Assembly (NCBI GenBank): GCA_030248215.1 | Contig: JASANG010000295.1 | Span: forward strand, 62,001 to 126,000 | Direction of reading: 5' to 3' | Origin: Enoplolaimus lenunculus | Taxonomy: Eukaryota | Length of the DNA: 64,000 nt | Shown here: in pieces, positions 1 through 13,412 of the stretch | Position numbering within the stretch: the stretch's first letter is position 1 | How the letters are laid out: each line of letters opens with the position of its first letter | The notes under the pieces: generated by a model | What the model was told of the DNA's origin: nothing | Database searches by the model: none | What the model saw: the letters and a program-made list of their open reading frames with translations, nothing else | Made by a program: the position numbers and the translations under genes

Positions 1-633
1 TTCGAGGATCAACAGGTGGTACTTGGTCACAATGGCAAAAGTGTTGGTATGTCTAAGTTGGTTACGCATCAGCAACATTCTGGTTTTGGTGAAAACAGCA
101 CAACAAAGTTTTGTGCTGCGGAATATCGTGCCAACATGGCGGAAGCGCATGGGAATTTTACTCACACTAGCAGCCACTCGCAGCAACAGCATTGCCAGAA
201 AGGTACGACTTTTTCGTTCTTATGGTGGCGCTATACTTGTCGCGCGGTGCCGACCGTTGACGGGCTGCACTCACGCACTACCGTATGGTGAAACGGTGAA
301 CAGTGGTGGACGGCACCGGACGCCGTTAAAAATATAGCAGCACCGGACGTCGTCAAAAATATAGCGGCACCTAAGTCTCGTTTTTGGAATTATACTTCGG
401 TATCCTCAACGTTTCTGTCCTCCACCATTCTGTTGTTGCGTCCCACAGCCCTACTGATACAGTGAAAATCATATGTTGTACAGTATTTCTTATTTAAATG
501 TAGCAGGGAAATGTATTTCAAGTTTTAATAGCAACGTCTTTGCACGACCGAAGACGATTTATTTAGACGTTACATTGAAATTTATTTTACGGTGTTATTA
601 TATGCTTTAATTCCAGAAAATTCTCAGGCGGCC

Positions 634-3600
634 ATGCATTGTCGTAGCGGCGACGACGACGATTTTTTATTATCTTACACCGAGCCACCTGTCGGGGAAA
701 TTTGTGAAACTGCCATTATTGCAATCCCAGATGACGAAGATTTTTGCCAAACAGTCGACGCAACCAGTCATCATACGTCTGTTAAGCAACCCGGTTGCTG
801 TTCCGTTGATAAGTCAAATTGCTCCCAAGTTCCACCTGGCCATTGTGATAATTTATCAGCTATTCATGAGTCGAAATTCGACACTTCAAGACGAAGTGGA
901 AGACCAACCGTGAATTATCGTGATCGAAATTATGGTGACTACCGTGAAAGATGGTCTCCGCCTGTAGTAAAGCGAATACCGAAAGCATGCGAAGACAGCA
1001 CCACTAATCGTGAGCAGTATAGTCGGACCACAACAGACTATTATCGCAGTTCAAGAATGTCCAGGTTTCAAAGTAGCGAAGAACAACAGCAAGAATATTT
1101 TCAGCAGCGACAGCAACCTGACACAACGCAGTGTGACGTGATTTATGACGAACCGGCGAGCGAAACCGAATACGCCGACGATGCCAATGTTGATTTTGGG
1201 CGAAAAGATGGTAATTTATCAGCAGCATTTGGCAGCTCGAATTTAATGTCACAGTCAAACAGTTCAGGGTTAGGCGCCCGAAATCGTGGATTACGCCGAC
1301 CTACTCGTGGCCGTCATAGACGCCTACGACGCATTCCGCCAGAACTAATACCAGCAGAACGTGGAGGAGACGCCAGTGTCTCAGAACGATGGTTTCGGTT
1401 GCCCGGAATGCATTCAGCGCATCATATTATGAACATAGCGCCGCCGCCTACGATGCCTAGCGCTGCATTGATGCCAGCCCGACCACCAGCATTAGGACAA
1501 ATAATGGCCGAGCATCCCGGCTTTCGCTATTCAGATCCGGTGATCTATCACCCAACTGGTGGCACTGGAACCGCGTTTGGTAATTCTGGTGGTCGTTTGT
1601 TGATGAGATCTGGATTTAATCCGTTTGGTGAGCAGGGACAAGCGTACTCCGTAGATACGCAAATTACCGGCAGTGCCCCGGAAGGGTCATCAGCAGTAGC
1701 CGCGCAGCTTGGACATCGCCGAGCTGTATCTGCGCGACCATTTCCTTTACAAGCACATGCTGGGTCAGTTCATGACGATAATCGGCGAGATTTCTGTTTA
1801 CCAAGTATTCTTTCCGGCGGCACCATCGGGCACGGCGGCCATTTTAATCATCTCACTGTTGGTCTTCCTGGACATTTGGGCGGGCCTACGCAGCCTGTTT
1901 TAGTGTCCGGTGAGGGGTCGCAGTATATGACAGATGCAGTTAACCGTGGGATTTTTAATGACCCAAGGCAGTCTGTGCGTCCTGGTTATGGTGAATTTCC
2001 ACTTGCTCTGTCGAGGTTTTCTGATGATGATATGTTCAGGACGAGAGGCGTGACGTTATCGGACCGTTGCGATAATTTTATCGACTCAAACTTGCAACAG
2101 CCAGCGGCAACCACTTTACCTCCAAACTTCAACCGGCTGCGGTCGAAATCCGAAAGCGTACTTTACCACCCGCAGAATCAAGGAGGTGTATCCTCAGGAA
2201 TCAGTAGTGGCTTAATCGATCAATCATCTTGGTTACACCGTAACAATTCATTGGACTGTTTGTTCGTCAGTAGTAATCGAACTGAACTTTACAACAACCA
2301 TTTACGTGCCCTACCGCCTGGTGGCCAACTTAGTCAACAGCCACCATTATTGTACCCTTCTGGTACAACTGACTTTACCACCAGAAACATTTACGCAACT
2401 CCTGCCTCGTCTACTATATTTCCAAACGGCCAACAGCAACGGCTGCGATACTTCAATACTGGCGATCCTTATAACCATACACCCTACATGTCTAGTAGGC
2501 CGTTTTACACCAGCGTTAGGCCAGATTCAATGGTCGCTTCGAAACCACCAATCCCTACGAATGCTGGCCAATTTTGTAGTGATCAGTATCATTGCCAACT
2601 GCCAGCCACAGATTCTTCTGTTGCTCTGGAAGGAAGTATTGAAAGTGATTTGCAGGTAAATTTATACAAGAAAATAATATACGAGTGCCTCGTTTGTTTC
2701 AAGATGAAAAATATTGAGATTTGGGGTTAACCAATGTTAGAATTAGATCTATAATGCTTCAGCGTTCGATGCTAATTCTTAAACATTTTGAGTTTTGGAA
2801 ATTTATTTGCACAAAATCCTAGAAGGTTTCAAAACGGATTTCGTATGTTCAGAAAACCACACCTGTGTCTACCAATAACTGGGCATTCGCTGGTCGTCGC
2901 GGAAGCGTCAGTTACGCTAGCCAGTGTTTAGTTACACCTACAAGTAAGCACATAGTCAAAAACAACCAAATAAATAGTAAACACAGGTCAAATGTATAAG
3001 ACATATTATCGAGGGGGAGGGTATATTTAATTCATGCTGATGATGCAAGGAATGTGAAATTAACCTTGGCGAGAGATCTTGAGTGTGGGGGGCTGAACCG
3101 GGGGAAAATCTTATGTGGAGGGCTAACGCCGACTCCAGTAGCGAAACCCCAGAGTAACACACAGAATCTGAGTTAAATTTAGCTCCAGCCAGATATTACA
3201 AATATGTTTGTTGGTCATAGTTGGTGTATACACAATTACACATGTTGGACACTGATTTGAAGGTTCAATTTTTGAACAGTTTCGTTTTTAAAAAGATAAG
3301 GTTAGACCATGACCGGTTTAGGGCTACTGAAATAGCGGCTCTATAACTGGTTTATAGGCCGAATGGGTGTGATTAAATTTAAATATCGGTTCGCTCATTT
3401 GGAATCGACTCTTTTTACCATAATCGGGTTGCTCTGAAAAGTATATTATGTATCCAAGTTTTTGCCACGGTGTATGCATTTTTAACCAGTTTAACCGAAT
3501 CGCTAAAGTAAAAGCGACTGTACTTTTCAACAAGGGATTAGTCGGTCGTCGGCATCGGTAATATCGGCACTTTTCGTGACTATCGACATCTGTGCAGCAA

Positions 3601-5448
3601 CAAATTACCGATTCTTTGCCGACAGTTGTCTCTTAGAAGAGAGTTGAAATGTTATTAATTTCACTGGTTGGCGTAACCGTTTACGATTGTTAGGGTTTAA
3701 GTTTTCTCGTTTATAATAATGCAATGTAGTAATTCTAATGGTTCCATACGCATCAATCAAGTATTACAATTGGAGTCTGTATCGGCGTAGGCAAAATTTC
3801 AAAAGAATGGGCATTGGAAAAAATTTTGGTATCGAAACATAGATATTTTCAACGTTTAACATGTGCTCCCACCTGAGATACATAATTATGCATACTCTCC
3901 TGCCTGATACTGTCATATTAATTTGCATTCAGATCGCTGGTGCCATATTTGGTACACCGGCGCATACACGTTGTGTCGCAGCAGGATCGCGGGTACTACG
4001 AGCTGTAATGCTACTGCGCAGTCCACAAATGATTCGCGACCGCCGGTATCAGTCAGAGCTGTATCCGCGGTCAATGGTAGGATGCGAAATGGTCGACTGG
4101 TTGTTAGACGTTGGCCATTGGCACGTTAGAACGCGAGTAGCGGCATCTGGGATTTGGCAAACTATGATCGAAGAAGGCGCGTTAATGCACGGTAAGCGGA
4201 TTCAACCTTTCGGGAGTGAGGGTTGTTATTGCTAAAAGTCGGCTATTTAGAGAAACGTGGTTGTGGTCAAAAGAGAGTTTACCAAGAACTGCATCGCGGC
4301 ATAAAGTCGTTTTGACCAGCGAAGGGTGTGAGACTTTTTTCCGAGAAACATGTTTAGATTAGTGTGCCGTTCGCGGTAATGCTGACAGCAGTGCAGCAAA
4401 TCTTGATAACACTTTGTTGAGACTTTATATAAAGCTGTTTTGAAGATGACATCCAAGTTAACACGATTTTTTCTAATAGCTCAGAGATACCGGACTTACT
4501 GCGCAATTGATTACGCAAATATATGATTGATAACTTGTAGTTATAGAAAGTAATTTTAGATCATTTTGGAGTTCCTCTTTTAGGTATTAGGTTGTATTTA
4601 TTGTTTTTCGACTTTGGTGACATAATTACGTATTACAAACGGTGATAACTGTGCTAAACAGTGCGGTGGCTACTCCCTGGAAGATCTGGAATAACCTTGA
4701 ATTCGGCGGACGGCGAGTTCTAAATATGATCTGAAAACCCGGGGATTTTTGAAAGAAATCTGTTTTTGTTCGTTCTTCGTATATCGTTACGTCCTGCGGA
4801 ATATCACGGATCAAGTGATCATCTCGTCGCAGAAACATAAACCTAAAATTTACATACGGATTTAATGTGGATTCACACCCTGCCGGTGCAAACGACAATA
4901 TTATACAAAGATAAACACTATTGTTTGGTTTCAAAGCTTTAAAGTATGGTAATCATCCATAAAAACCTGGAAACTTTTGAGGCATACTTAAAAACCTATG
5001 TAAAATCCTGGAAAATTGTTTCCAATTTTGCGCAGCCATTGTGTAACAGGAAGCATATTAAGCCCTGATACCAGCCATACATTTCTCAGCAAGTGCGTAT
5101 TGCCGTTGGCGATGCGCTATAATTTAAATTTAAACTCTAACGAGGAAAAGTACTGCATTTTTGTTGCGTTTCAAAATATCAACATATCGAATTTCTTACG
5201 ATTCATGTTTCAGTATCGCATGAATATCCGTTTTTGGACCGCTTTTTACTGTATCGATGGTCGGCAGATCAAGGCCCCTACGCCGATGCAGTGAGTCTAC
5301 GTGTTCCGCCACATGCCGAAATGAAAGATGCAGAATTGCACTTGGACTCAGCGCTGGCACTACTAAGTAGTCTCGGTCCTGATTCGTTGTTTAGAATGAT
5401 TTTAAGAAAATCGTGAGTTCTATGGAATAATTATTATTATTATTATTG

Positions 5449-5491
<43 letters not shown>

Positions 5492-8400
5492 GATGCTTTA
5501 TAAACCTAGCAGTTCATATATGAAGAACCAATATCAATCTCTAAACAAGTGTTTTTAAATTAGTAACAGCGCGGCATCATTTGATACAACCTACCACATG
5601 ATTTTTTACTTCTGGATATGAACACAGATATCTCTTGTTGGTGACTGGATAAGATTATCATACCGGGACACCGTTTTTACTTAAGCTGGGACGGTACTCT
5701 GCAATATTGAAGGTTATGTTTCGCTAATCGCATTTTTTGGTTATTGCGTTCAAAAACATATTTTGATTGAAAATTCTCTCTTTTGAAAATTTCTCAAATA
5801 GAAAACTTGCTTCTACGATCGCGTTCGAGAACACAAAAATAGGTCCTGTCTCTCCTCTGAAAGTTCTGGCTACGCCAGTGATTTTGTATCTTCTATTTTG
5901 AATGCCTGGACATGCCTTAAGGCCTGACAATCGAACAACTGAAGAAATTCAATTTGTTTACGACGAACTGTTACATATCAAAGCGTTTTCGAACATGAGC
6001 ACAATGGTGAAACGTGAGCTTGCGCGTGTGATTATGTTTGAACATCATCCGCATGCAGGAACCGTGATATTTAATCAAGGAGATGATGGCCGGTCCTGGT
6101 ACATTATACTAAAAGGTTCTGTCAATGTTGCCAAGTTTGGAAAGGTACTACGCAAATGTTTCGATGTAACGTCTGTTCTTTATAGTGTCAAGGAACTGGT
6201 ATTTATTGGCTTTCCATTCGGACTAGTGTTAATTTGATACAATGCAAGTGTGCCTTCACATTATCAGGACATTATCCTAAGACTAAGCGTTGGCTGAGAC
6301 TGAATCTAAACGTAAACCTAAGCCTAAGTGTATTTTATTAATCCAGTCGTTGGTCATGGAAGGTGCCAACAGAAACCAAATTTCACATTAAGCAGAAACA
6401 GGAATTCCCAGAGTGCGTTGTGTTTTTTGCAGACCCATACTGCATTTTTATCGGGACATAAGCTACCATTTTTTTCGCTACACGATCATGTAAAATACAT
6501 AAATATGCAATTCATCTCAGCTTGTGTTCCCTAAAAAATTCTATTTCTGCCTTTTAAAATTAGGTAACTTGATTACTCTTGTATAGATTCGTCATCGAAT
6601 CTTTGTGTTATTGATTTAATGTGATTATTGTTTAGGGTATTTTGTGCACATTGCATGAGGGCGATGACTTTGGAAAGCTTGCCCTAATGAACGATACACC
6701 AAGATCAGCCACGATAGTGCTGCGTGAAAATAATTGCCAGTTTTTACGAATTGATAGGCCCGATTTCAACAGGTATCTTCTGTTCAGCTTGCTTTCTGTT
6801 CCGCTTGCTTGTTGGTTACAATCTAAAATGTTGTTGTAGTTGTTTTTGATTTGGTATTTTCTTTGTATTATTGTTTATAACAGTAATGCGTAACAGCGAT
6901 TTTAACGTGTACACAAGGTCTTCCAAAGATATGAGAGAATAGAAAAATTGATTAACTCTGACAGTAAAAATGCGTATAGATATCGAGGCAACGAACGTTA
7001 TTATGATAATTGCATGCTATATATGATTTCTATTCAAATAATAGGATAGTGTGAACACAAATGCTTATATAACGCATGTTACCAAGTTTTTCACTTCCCT
7101 GGCTTTAATGTCTTTATCTTGACAGTCAAAATTATCACTCATAACACGTCCAATAAATATCTAACATTAATAGTGGCATTTTCATGCGTTTCAGAATACT
7201 ACGAGACGTCGAAGCCAATACTGTTCGTTTGAAAGAGCATGGCATGGACGTATTGGTGCTGGAAAAGATACCCCTCAGAAATGCAGACTCTTTGGCGATC
7301 GATAAACACAGGTGAAAACAAAATTATTTTGAAATGATAGGTTACAATTTTTAGTTGCCTAACTCATCTATTGCCAGTTGGTGATAGATGGAGCAACGTT
7401 GATATAGCCGCACCATAATCAAACAGGATCACATACCATGCTACGTTTGACGTATCGTTTGTATGCTGTATCTATGTAAGAAAAATTGGTCATAAATAGT
7501 GCTTCTTTTGTTTCATTATTTAAAATTTGTTGACTTTATCGTTCTGAAAATCAGTGTCCGACCGCAAAAAAATTATCGTGAACAGCGCATTGAGTTAGTC
7601 TTAGTTTATTGCAGGTACTCAGTGATGGCTGGGACTCCAGAGAAAATGCTTGAATATTTGCTCGAGACACGAATCGATTGTCTTCGTGATGAACCACAAG
7701 AAGATACGTTTCTCGAAGATTTCGTTCTCACACATTTGATCTTTATGCCAACAAACGTGCTTTGTAACTCACTTATGATCTACTATCGACAAGGTTGCTC
7801 TGTAAGTTTTATTGATTTTGCTATGTTGTTTTTGAAAAAGAATGGCGTGTTGAATAATGATTATCATTGAATAAAATTAATTGACTTGATAGCAGACAGA
7901 ATACGGCGAACCCGAAGCATAACATTTGGATATAAAACAAATTTGGCAATTTAGCATTGTTATAGTGCAATCTTGACGATTTCAAACATGTACGCAGTTG
8001 TAATTTACGTTATGTTGTGCTTCACGTAAGCCTAATGCATATACAGGTCGCACTGTGCTATACGCATTTCGATGCTGCGGTCCACCTATACTTTTAACAG
8101 AGTGATGTCAGCAAATTTTATTTAAGGTTTCAACTGCCAAAAATTTTTCATTCCCGTGGATGCAAAACGAGAACTCTGGTGGCAATAACACGTCACGCAT
8201 ATTGATGACTGCGAAACGCCGAGTTACTGCGTTCACGTACTTGTGGATAACAACGGTTGCCAAACAACAGTTTTTCCAAGATCCAATCGGCAATTCGTTT
8301 GTTGAGGCAAGTTGGCTAGGTTCAAAAATTACTATAGTTTTTTGCCTGCCGGTTTTTTTCTACATTAATTTGCGTAACATTAGAATAGTTTGTACTTGTT

Positions 8401-11400
8401 GCATCTCTTGCCGGTCGTAGCTTTCACAAGACAGTCAGCGAACTTTTTGATAGTTTTAATGCCTTTCGTAATGAACTCTCACCTTGCAGCATCGTAAGCC
8501 AGCTACCATACGGCGCAGTGCAAGACTGATTTCGCCGCTCTAATAACAGTTATGTGTATGCATGTTTCTTCTGATTACATTGATTGTGTTTATCGTGTGT
8601 GGTAAATTTTGTACGCATGGATATTATAAATATATCGCACAGTGGTGTTATATTTTTAGGAACTGTACTGTGCAGTTCTCGACGACACACGCCATTCTGT
8701 GGACCAACTCACATCTGAATTATCGATTATGGAATCGTTAATGCAAGAGCGTGAGAATGCGATGAAGGCTAATACGCGACGGTCTGCGGTTATTTTTGGT
8801 AGGTCGCCTATATCGAAAACAATTTTTATCAGAGCCACGCGATGCTGCATGCCTCCTCCGCACGGCGCACCAAAAAATGAAAATTACTTTTATTTGCGTC
8901 GCGCGGCGGCGTCTGGAAGCGCACAGTAACGTATATCGTTTCACTAAGATTTGTCAATCTTTTGCAGTTGGAACATCTTTTCGACTCGGAACTGAACTTC
9001 TATTACACCGATTAAAATATATCTCTTCACCATGATGTTAAAGCCGGCAACCATTGCTAATGTAGAAAAATAAGCAAATTTTTCGAAACAAAATATTGTA
9101 TTAAACAACGAAATGCAACTGCGCATTGTTATGTACTGGCATGTTACAGATTGCGGCTACTTAAGACGTAACGAAGATTCACTTGTACGTTCCTTTGATA
9201 CGGCGATACTGAAAATTTACACGATACTGAACGTGTACACAACGTTGCGTGTTCGACTTGACCAAATTGCCGCAAACATAATCAGTCTTGCGGCACAGAA
9301 ACTCGGGCTGCCATTGACACATTCGATGAAATTAGTTGAAGTTCGGTCAACGGGTGGTAAGTCAGGCTAGGATTAGTATGGGCGCAACGCGATAAACCTG
9401 TTGAAAGCACATTTTTATTTATTATTTTTAGGATATCGGATTGGTTTTAAGTCAGATACACACAATACAATCTCTTCACTTTTTGTGCCAAAAATACATA
9501 CGGCGCCAAAAAGTCTGACCAATTTTGAAACGCAATTTTTTCGTTTAAGCATTTTGGGCGTTGTTTTTGCTTTTAAGGATTTCGGGGATTCTGTGAGTTT
9601 TAGGAAGTTTTTCAGGTCGAGTATTGGTTATGAAAATTCCATGTTAATTAACGTCATTTCAGAGAAAGTTGTGTTTGGTAACAACGAGCCAAGCATTGCT
9701 ACGTTGCTTACGGTTAATGGAAGGTTATTTATTGCCGAAGAATTTCAGATACACTCGCTGGTAAGTTTGCGTAATTATGCATTAAAAGAATGCCTGGAAG
9801 GGCTTGCAAATTTACTAACTGGTGGAATTCAAACTTGGATATTTTAATTAAGGTGGCCTAAAACTTCAAAAGGCCAAGTGGTCACTGGTTTTTGGAGACA
9901 TTCATTTTATAAACATTTTTTGCTATGCGACTGGACTATTGTTAGAGATGCTGCTGCTGCAACTCCTCCTAATTTCTAAGAGTTCATATAAGACATCTTA
10001 CAGTCAGGTCGGATAGTGCGATTGCATTCCAAACGCGATTGTAACCGCGATTATTCGTTGCTTGTGAGCAGTCTGTGCTGAAGAATAGTTTACCATTGTT
10101 ATAACCATGGAATTGGTTTTTAGACGCCTTTGCCTGAACAGGCGGGTCCATCGGAAAGTGTCCATTGCATTCTTATCGATCATTTAACGTCGATTCAATT
10201 AGCATATCATTTTGCATTATTTCACTGGGAATTGTTTATTAATGTATGTTTTTGTTGTGCTTTTCATTTTCTTCAGGGGATTAGTTGTTAGTTTTTAAAA
10301 CATATAAATTTCGTTTCGTGCGTACAAAGCGTGAAGTTGACAAAAACGCGTTTTATTACAACCAAAATGTTTGCAAAACAATAATCTGCAAGTCAGATTT
10401 AGATTGGGCAGATGGATAGTATGGGTGTTGAAGTTAATTTTATTCGACCGTGACGTAATTGTTAACCCATTTGTAGTCGAAACATAATTTAGTTTGAATT
10501 TAAATAGAATATGATTTCTGTTTAGAACTTGCCATAGTATAACGGTTTTAATATAGCAAAAGTAAATGCATCAATGTTTATAGACTCACGAATACGAATA
10601 CTTATATCAGTTGTTCGGTCGCGAACGGTTTGGCCGCATAGGCCGAATTCCGTCAAACTTAGACGTTTTGGTTCGCCGATTTAACGAAGTGCAATATTGG
10701 ATTGTTTCCGAAGTTGTGCTATGCCGAAATATAAACAAACGTGTGAATTTGCTCAAAAAGTTTATCAAACTCGCTGCGCAGTAAGTTTAAATTTGTTTTT
10801 AATTTTAACATAAAAACTGCTATATTTAGAAACTGTTGGTTTACATTTTACTTATAAAATCCGAGCTTCAAGACTGCCTGAAATTTGCTTACTCGCTTGA
10901 AAGCTATTAAGTATGTGTCTTGAACTGAGTTTGAACAGAAAAATGTTGCTTACAAGGTTGCCATCTTAGTAACATTGAGGAAGCAGGACATGCAATTTCC
11001 AATTTGCATAGGTGTTGTTAATATAATGTTTTTTAAATTTATTTGATAATTTTCAGATCAAAAGCATATCAGGATCTTTTCTCATTCTATGCAGTTGTTT
11101 TGGGTTTAAGCAATATTGCCGTTAGTCGTTTACGCCATACCTGGAATGTAAGCAATTTGTTTTCAGGTTTGTATGCATGTACATAGTGTATAACAAGTTG
11201 AGGTACACTGACAGTTGCACGCGATATAAGGTTGAATAAATTATTTTAGTAAAGACCCTTCGTCATAAAATGTTCGATATTTTCGATGCTGCTGAAAATA
11301 GAACCACAGCTATAACTTAAGCGCACACCGGGCCTATATCACGTATAATTTTGAGTCCAACATGAGGTTACTCAGTGTGTCACGCATTCATTCTCAAACA

Positions 11401-12692
11401 GTTGCAAGTGTTTTCTTTTAGAAACTGCCGAACAAATTTCGAAAACTTTTCGCTGAATTTGAAACGATTCTTGATCCGTCCCGTAATCATCGTGCTTATC
11501 GTTTGCTGATGTCCAAATTACAACCGCCTATTATTCCATTTGTGCCACTTGTTCTTAAAGGTAATCAATTTTGCTTTGGGACTTAGTATTATCTGTATAT
11601 TTAAGTCGGGTCATTTGGGTTGTATTTTCCTTAGACATATGGACGAAATTCTGTGTTGACAGAATAGGTATGAGCATCCACGAGTATGTGCAAGATGTCT
11701 ATATTACGCATTGTACTTATAAGAAACATATTATTGTTTTACAGAAAGAATAATAATAATAATAATAATATTTAATGTTTGTGTTTTTAGATTTAACCTT
11801 TGTTCATGAAGGCAACAAGTCTTACTACGATGGACTTCTAAATTTTGAAAAAATGGCGAGTGCAGATTGTTTTGATTTTTTAAGTGAAGTCACAATGATT
11901 GATAACAGTACTATTATAGAATCTTTAGACCTGAAATTGTGTTTTCAAATAAAAGCCTATGTTCAAGTCAGCTTGTTGCCATTTGGATGAGTGTTGTTTA
12001 AGTTGAATATCATTTTCCTATTTATATTGGAATTTGTATTTTGCTAACTTAGTAACTATTATTCTTTTGACCGCTGACTGTATACGTAATTATTTTGATA
12101 GGTAAGTTGTTTCAGCATATGATTGCTCAGATATTACGTACTATACGCCAGTGTCGATCTAGGCATATGCTATTAGAAGCGCCGTTAATGCGACATAAAT
12201 TTGATGTACAAAGTATGATTCGGTAAGTTCAAATTATTTTAAAAATAAAACTTTTATTCCATGGTTCTAGTAATATTTTTTGATCATGTTTTTTAGTTTT
12301 AAAAAATTCATTAAAAAATAATCAGTGAAAGGGCAGCATGTTTGTCTGAATGTGGCGTTGTACCGGGATTGTTTAGAGTGCACGGAGAGAATAATTTTGT
12401 GCATGAAGTAGTAGCGTTATTGTTGAGTCCTGTGTGTATTTTATAACATAGAGTCGCGTTCGGATTCGGGTATTACGGTTATTTCGATTATTTTCACTGA
12501 AAAATTCTTGGTACGAATTCAGGTTGTAGATTTGAGAAATTTCGTGTTGAGGTCCGGGTATTTATTTTTAATTGTTGTAACTCTAATTTTATATCGAACA
12601 TTTTTTATTTTAGAAATTTCCATGTTATCGATAATCAAAGGACACTAACGCAGTTGTCGTACAAACTTGAATCAAAGAAACAGCCGTTGTGA
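634..12692 (+). CDS. epac-1: Epac / Rap guanine nucleotide exchange factor 4-like (DEP, cNMP-binding, REM, RA, CDC25 domains), ~1521 aa, 18 exons
   Basis: Phase-consistent exons 634-2655, 3933-4191, 5214-5412, 5922-6144, 6636-6772, 7195-7311, 7615-7801, 8127-8306, 8660-8798, 9150-9356, 9663-9760, 10124-10243, 10584-10780, 11057-11147, 11422-11560, 11791-11855, 12116-12222, 12614-12692 (TGA). Motifs: DEP (MIRDRRY...[11 protein letters not shown]), cNMP domain ([39 protein letters not shown]), REM ([17 protein letters not shown]), CDC25 ([38 protein letters not shown]). The start codon and the 3' end of the exon starting at 8660 are less certain. Confidence 0.93.
5428..5490. repeat. (ATT)n microsatellite in an Epac intron
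   Basis: About 20 ATT/GTT units directly after the donor at 5413. Confidence 0.95.
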
Positions 12693-13017
12693 TATTCAGA
12701 TGCTATGATGTTTTTAGCTTAGTGCAATGAGTTTACACTGTTAAATCTTTAATTTCAAACATTCCAATTTATTTTTTTAATAATATAGTCATTTTTTTAA
12801 ATTAGTCATATTTACTGGTGAATTATTCTGTTGTATGCTAGTCCTGACAAGGTATAATGACAGGGTATACGCTGTTGGTACTGATAGTTTGTTATTGGTT
12901 TAAATTTGAGTCTATCTTTTAGTATGGCATTACAGAACTTATCAATAGACGTTTGCGATGTTCGCACTTTGTTGTGCGGTTTAGAATTCAAGTCGTAGGC
13001 ATATTTAGCAATTTTAA

Positions 13018-13247
13018 CCCTTTCCCGCATAGAGTATGCTTCGAACACCAATTCCAAACTGTGCATCTGAATAAATACGCAATTGTGTGGTGTTTAATGT
13101 TACATGTATGTGCAGTGCAAAATCGCCACCGACTTTCAAGCCCCTATAGCTGAGTGTTGATGCTAAACACCTATCTGCGGAGAACCTGGTAGTTCGAATC
13201 TCAATTTAGGTCTGAAGTGAAACTGAAAATATTCAGGTGAGAAAGGG
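13018..13247 (+). mobile_element. TTAA-flanked CCCTTT...AAAGGG MITE with an internal tRNA-like segment
   Basis: TTAA|CCCTTTCCCGCATAGAGTA ... AATATTCAGGTGAGAAAGGG|TTTAA; internal CTATAGCTGAGTG...GTTCGAATC. Confidence 0.7.
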
Positions 13248-13412
13248 TTTAAAGCAATGTAACACCAACATAGTTCTGGCTACGAGAATATTGTGATAAT
13301 TCTGCTTTACAAAGATATTAGTATTTTAGCGTGTTATAACCGTGAACAACAGTTTTTCTGTAATTGTATTATCAGTGTTATTTAACGTTTTAGATGAAAT
13401 TTTGATTTCTGG

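Noticed and set aside
16..337. Two short ORFs at the window start
   Set aside because: No recognisable domain, and their 3' halves run through a MITE (~224-371).
8799..8929. Extension of Epac exon 9 to the donor at 8926
   Set aside because: That donor is phase 2 whereas the next exon (9150) needs phase 1. The G|GTAGGT donor at 8799 fits.
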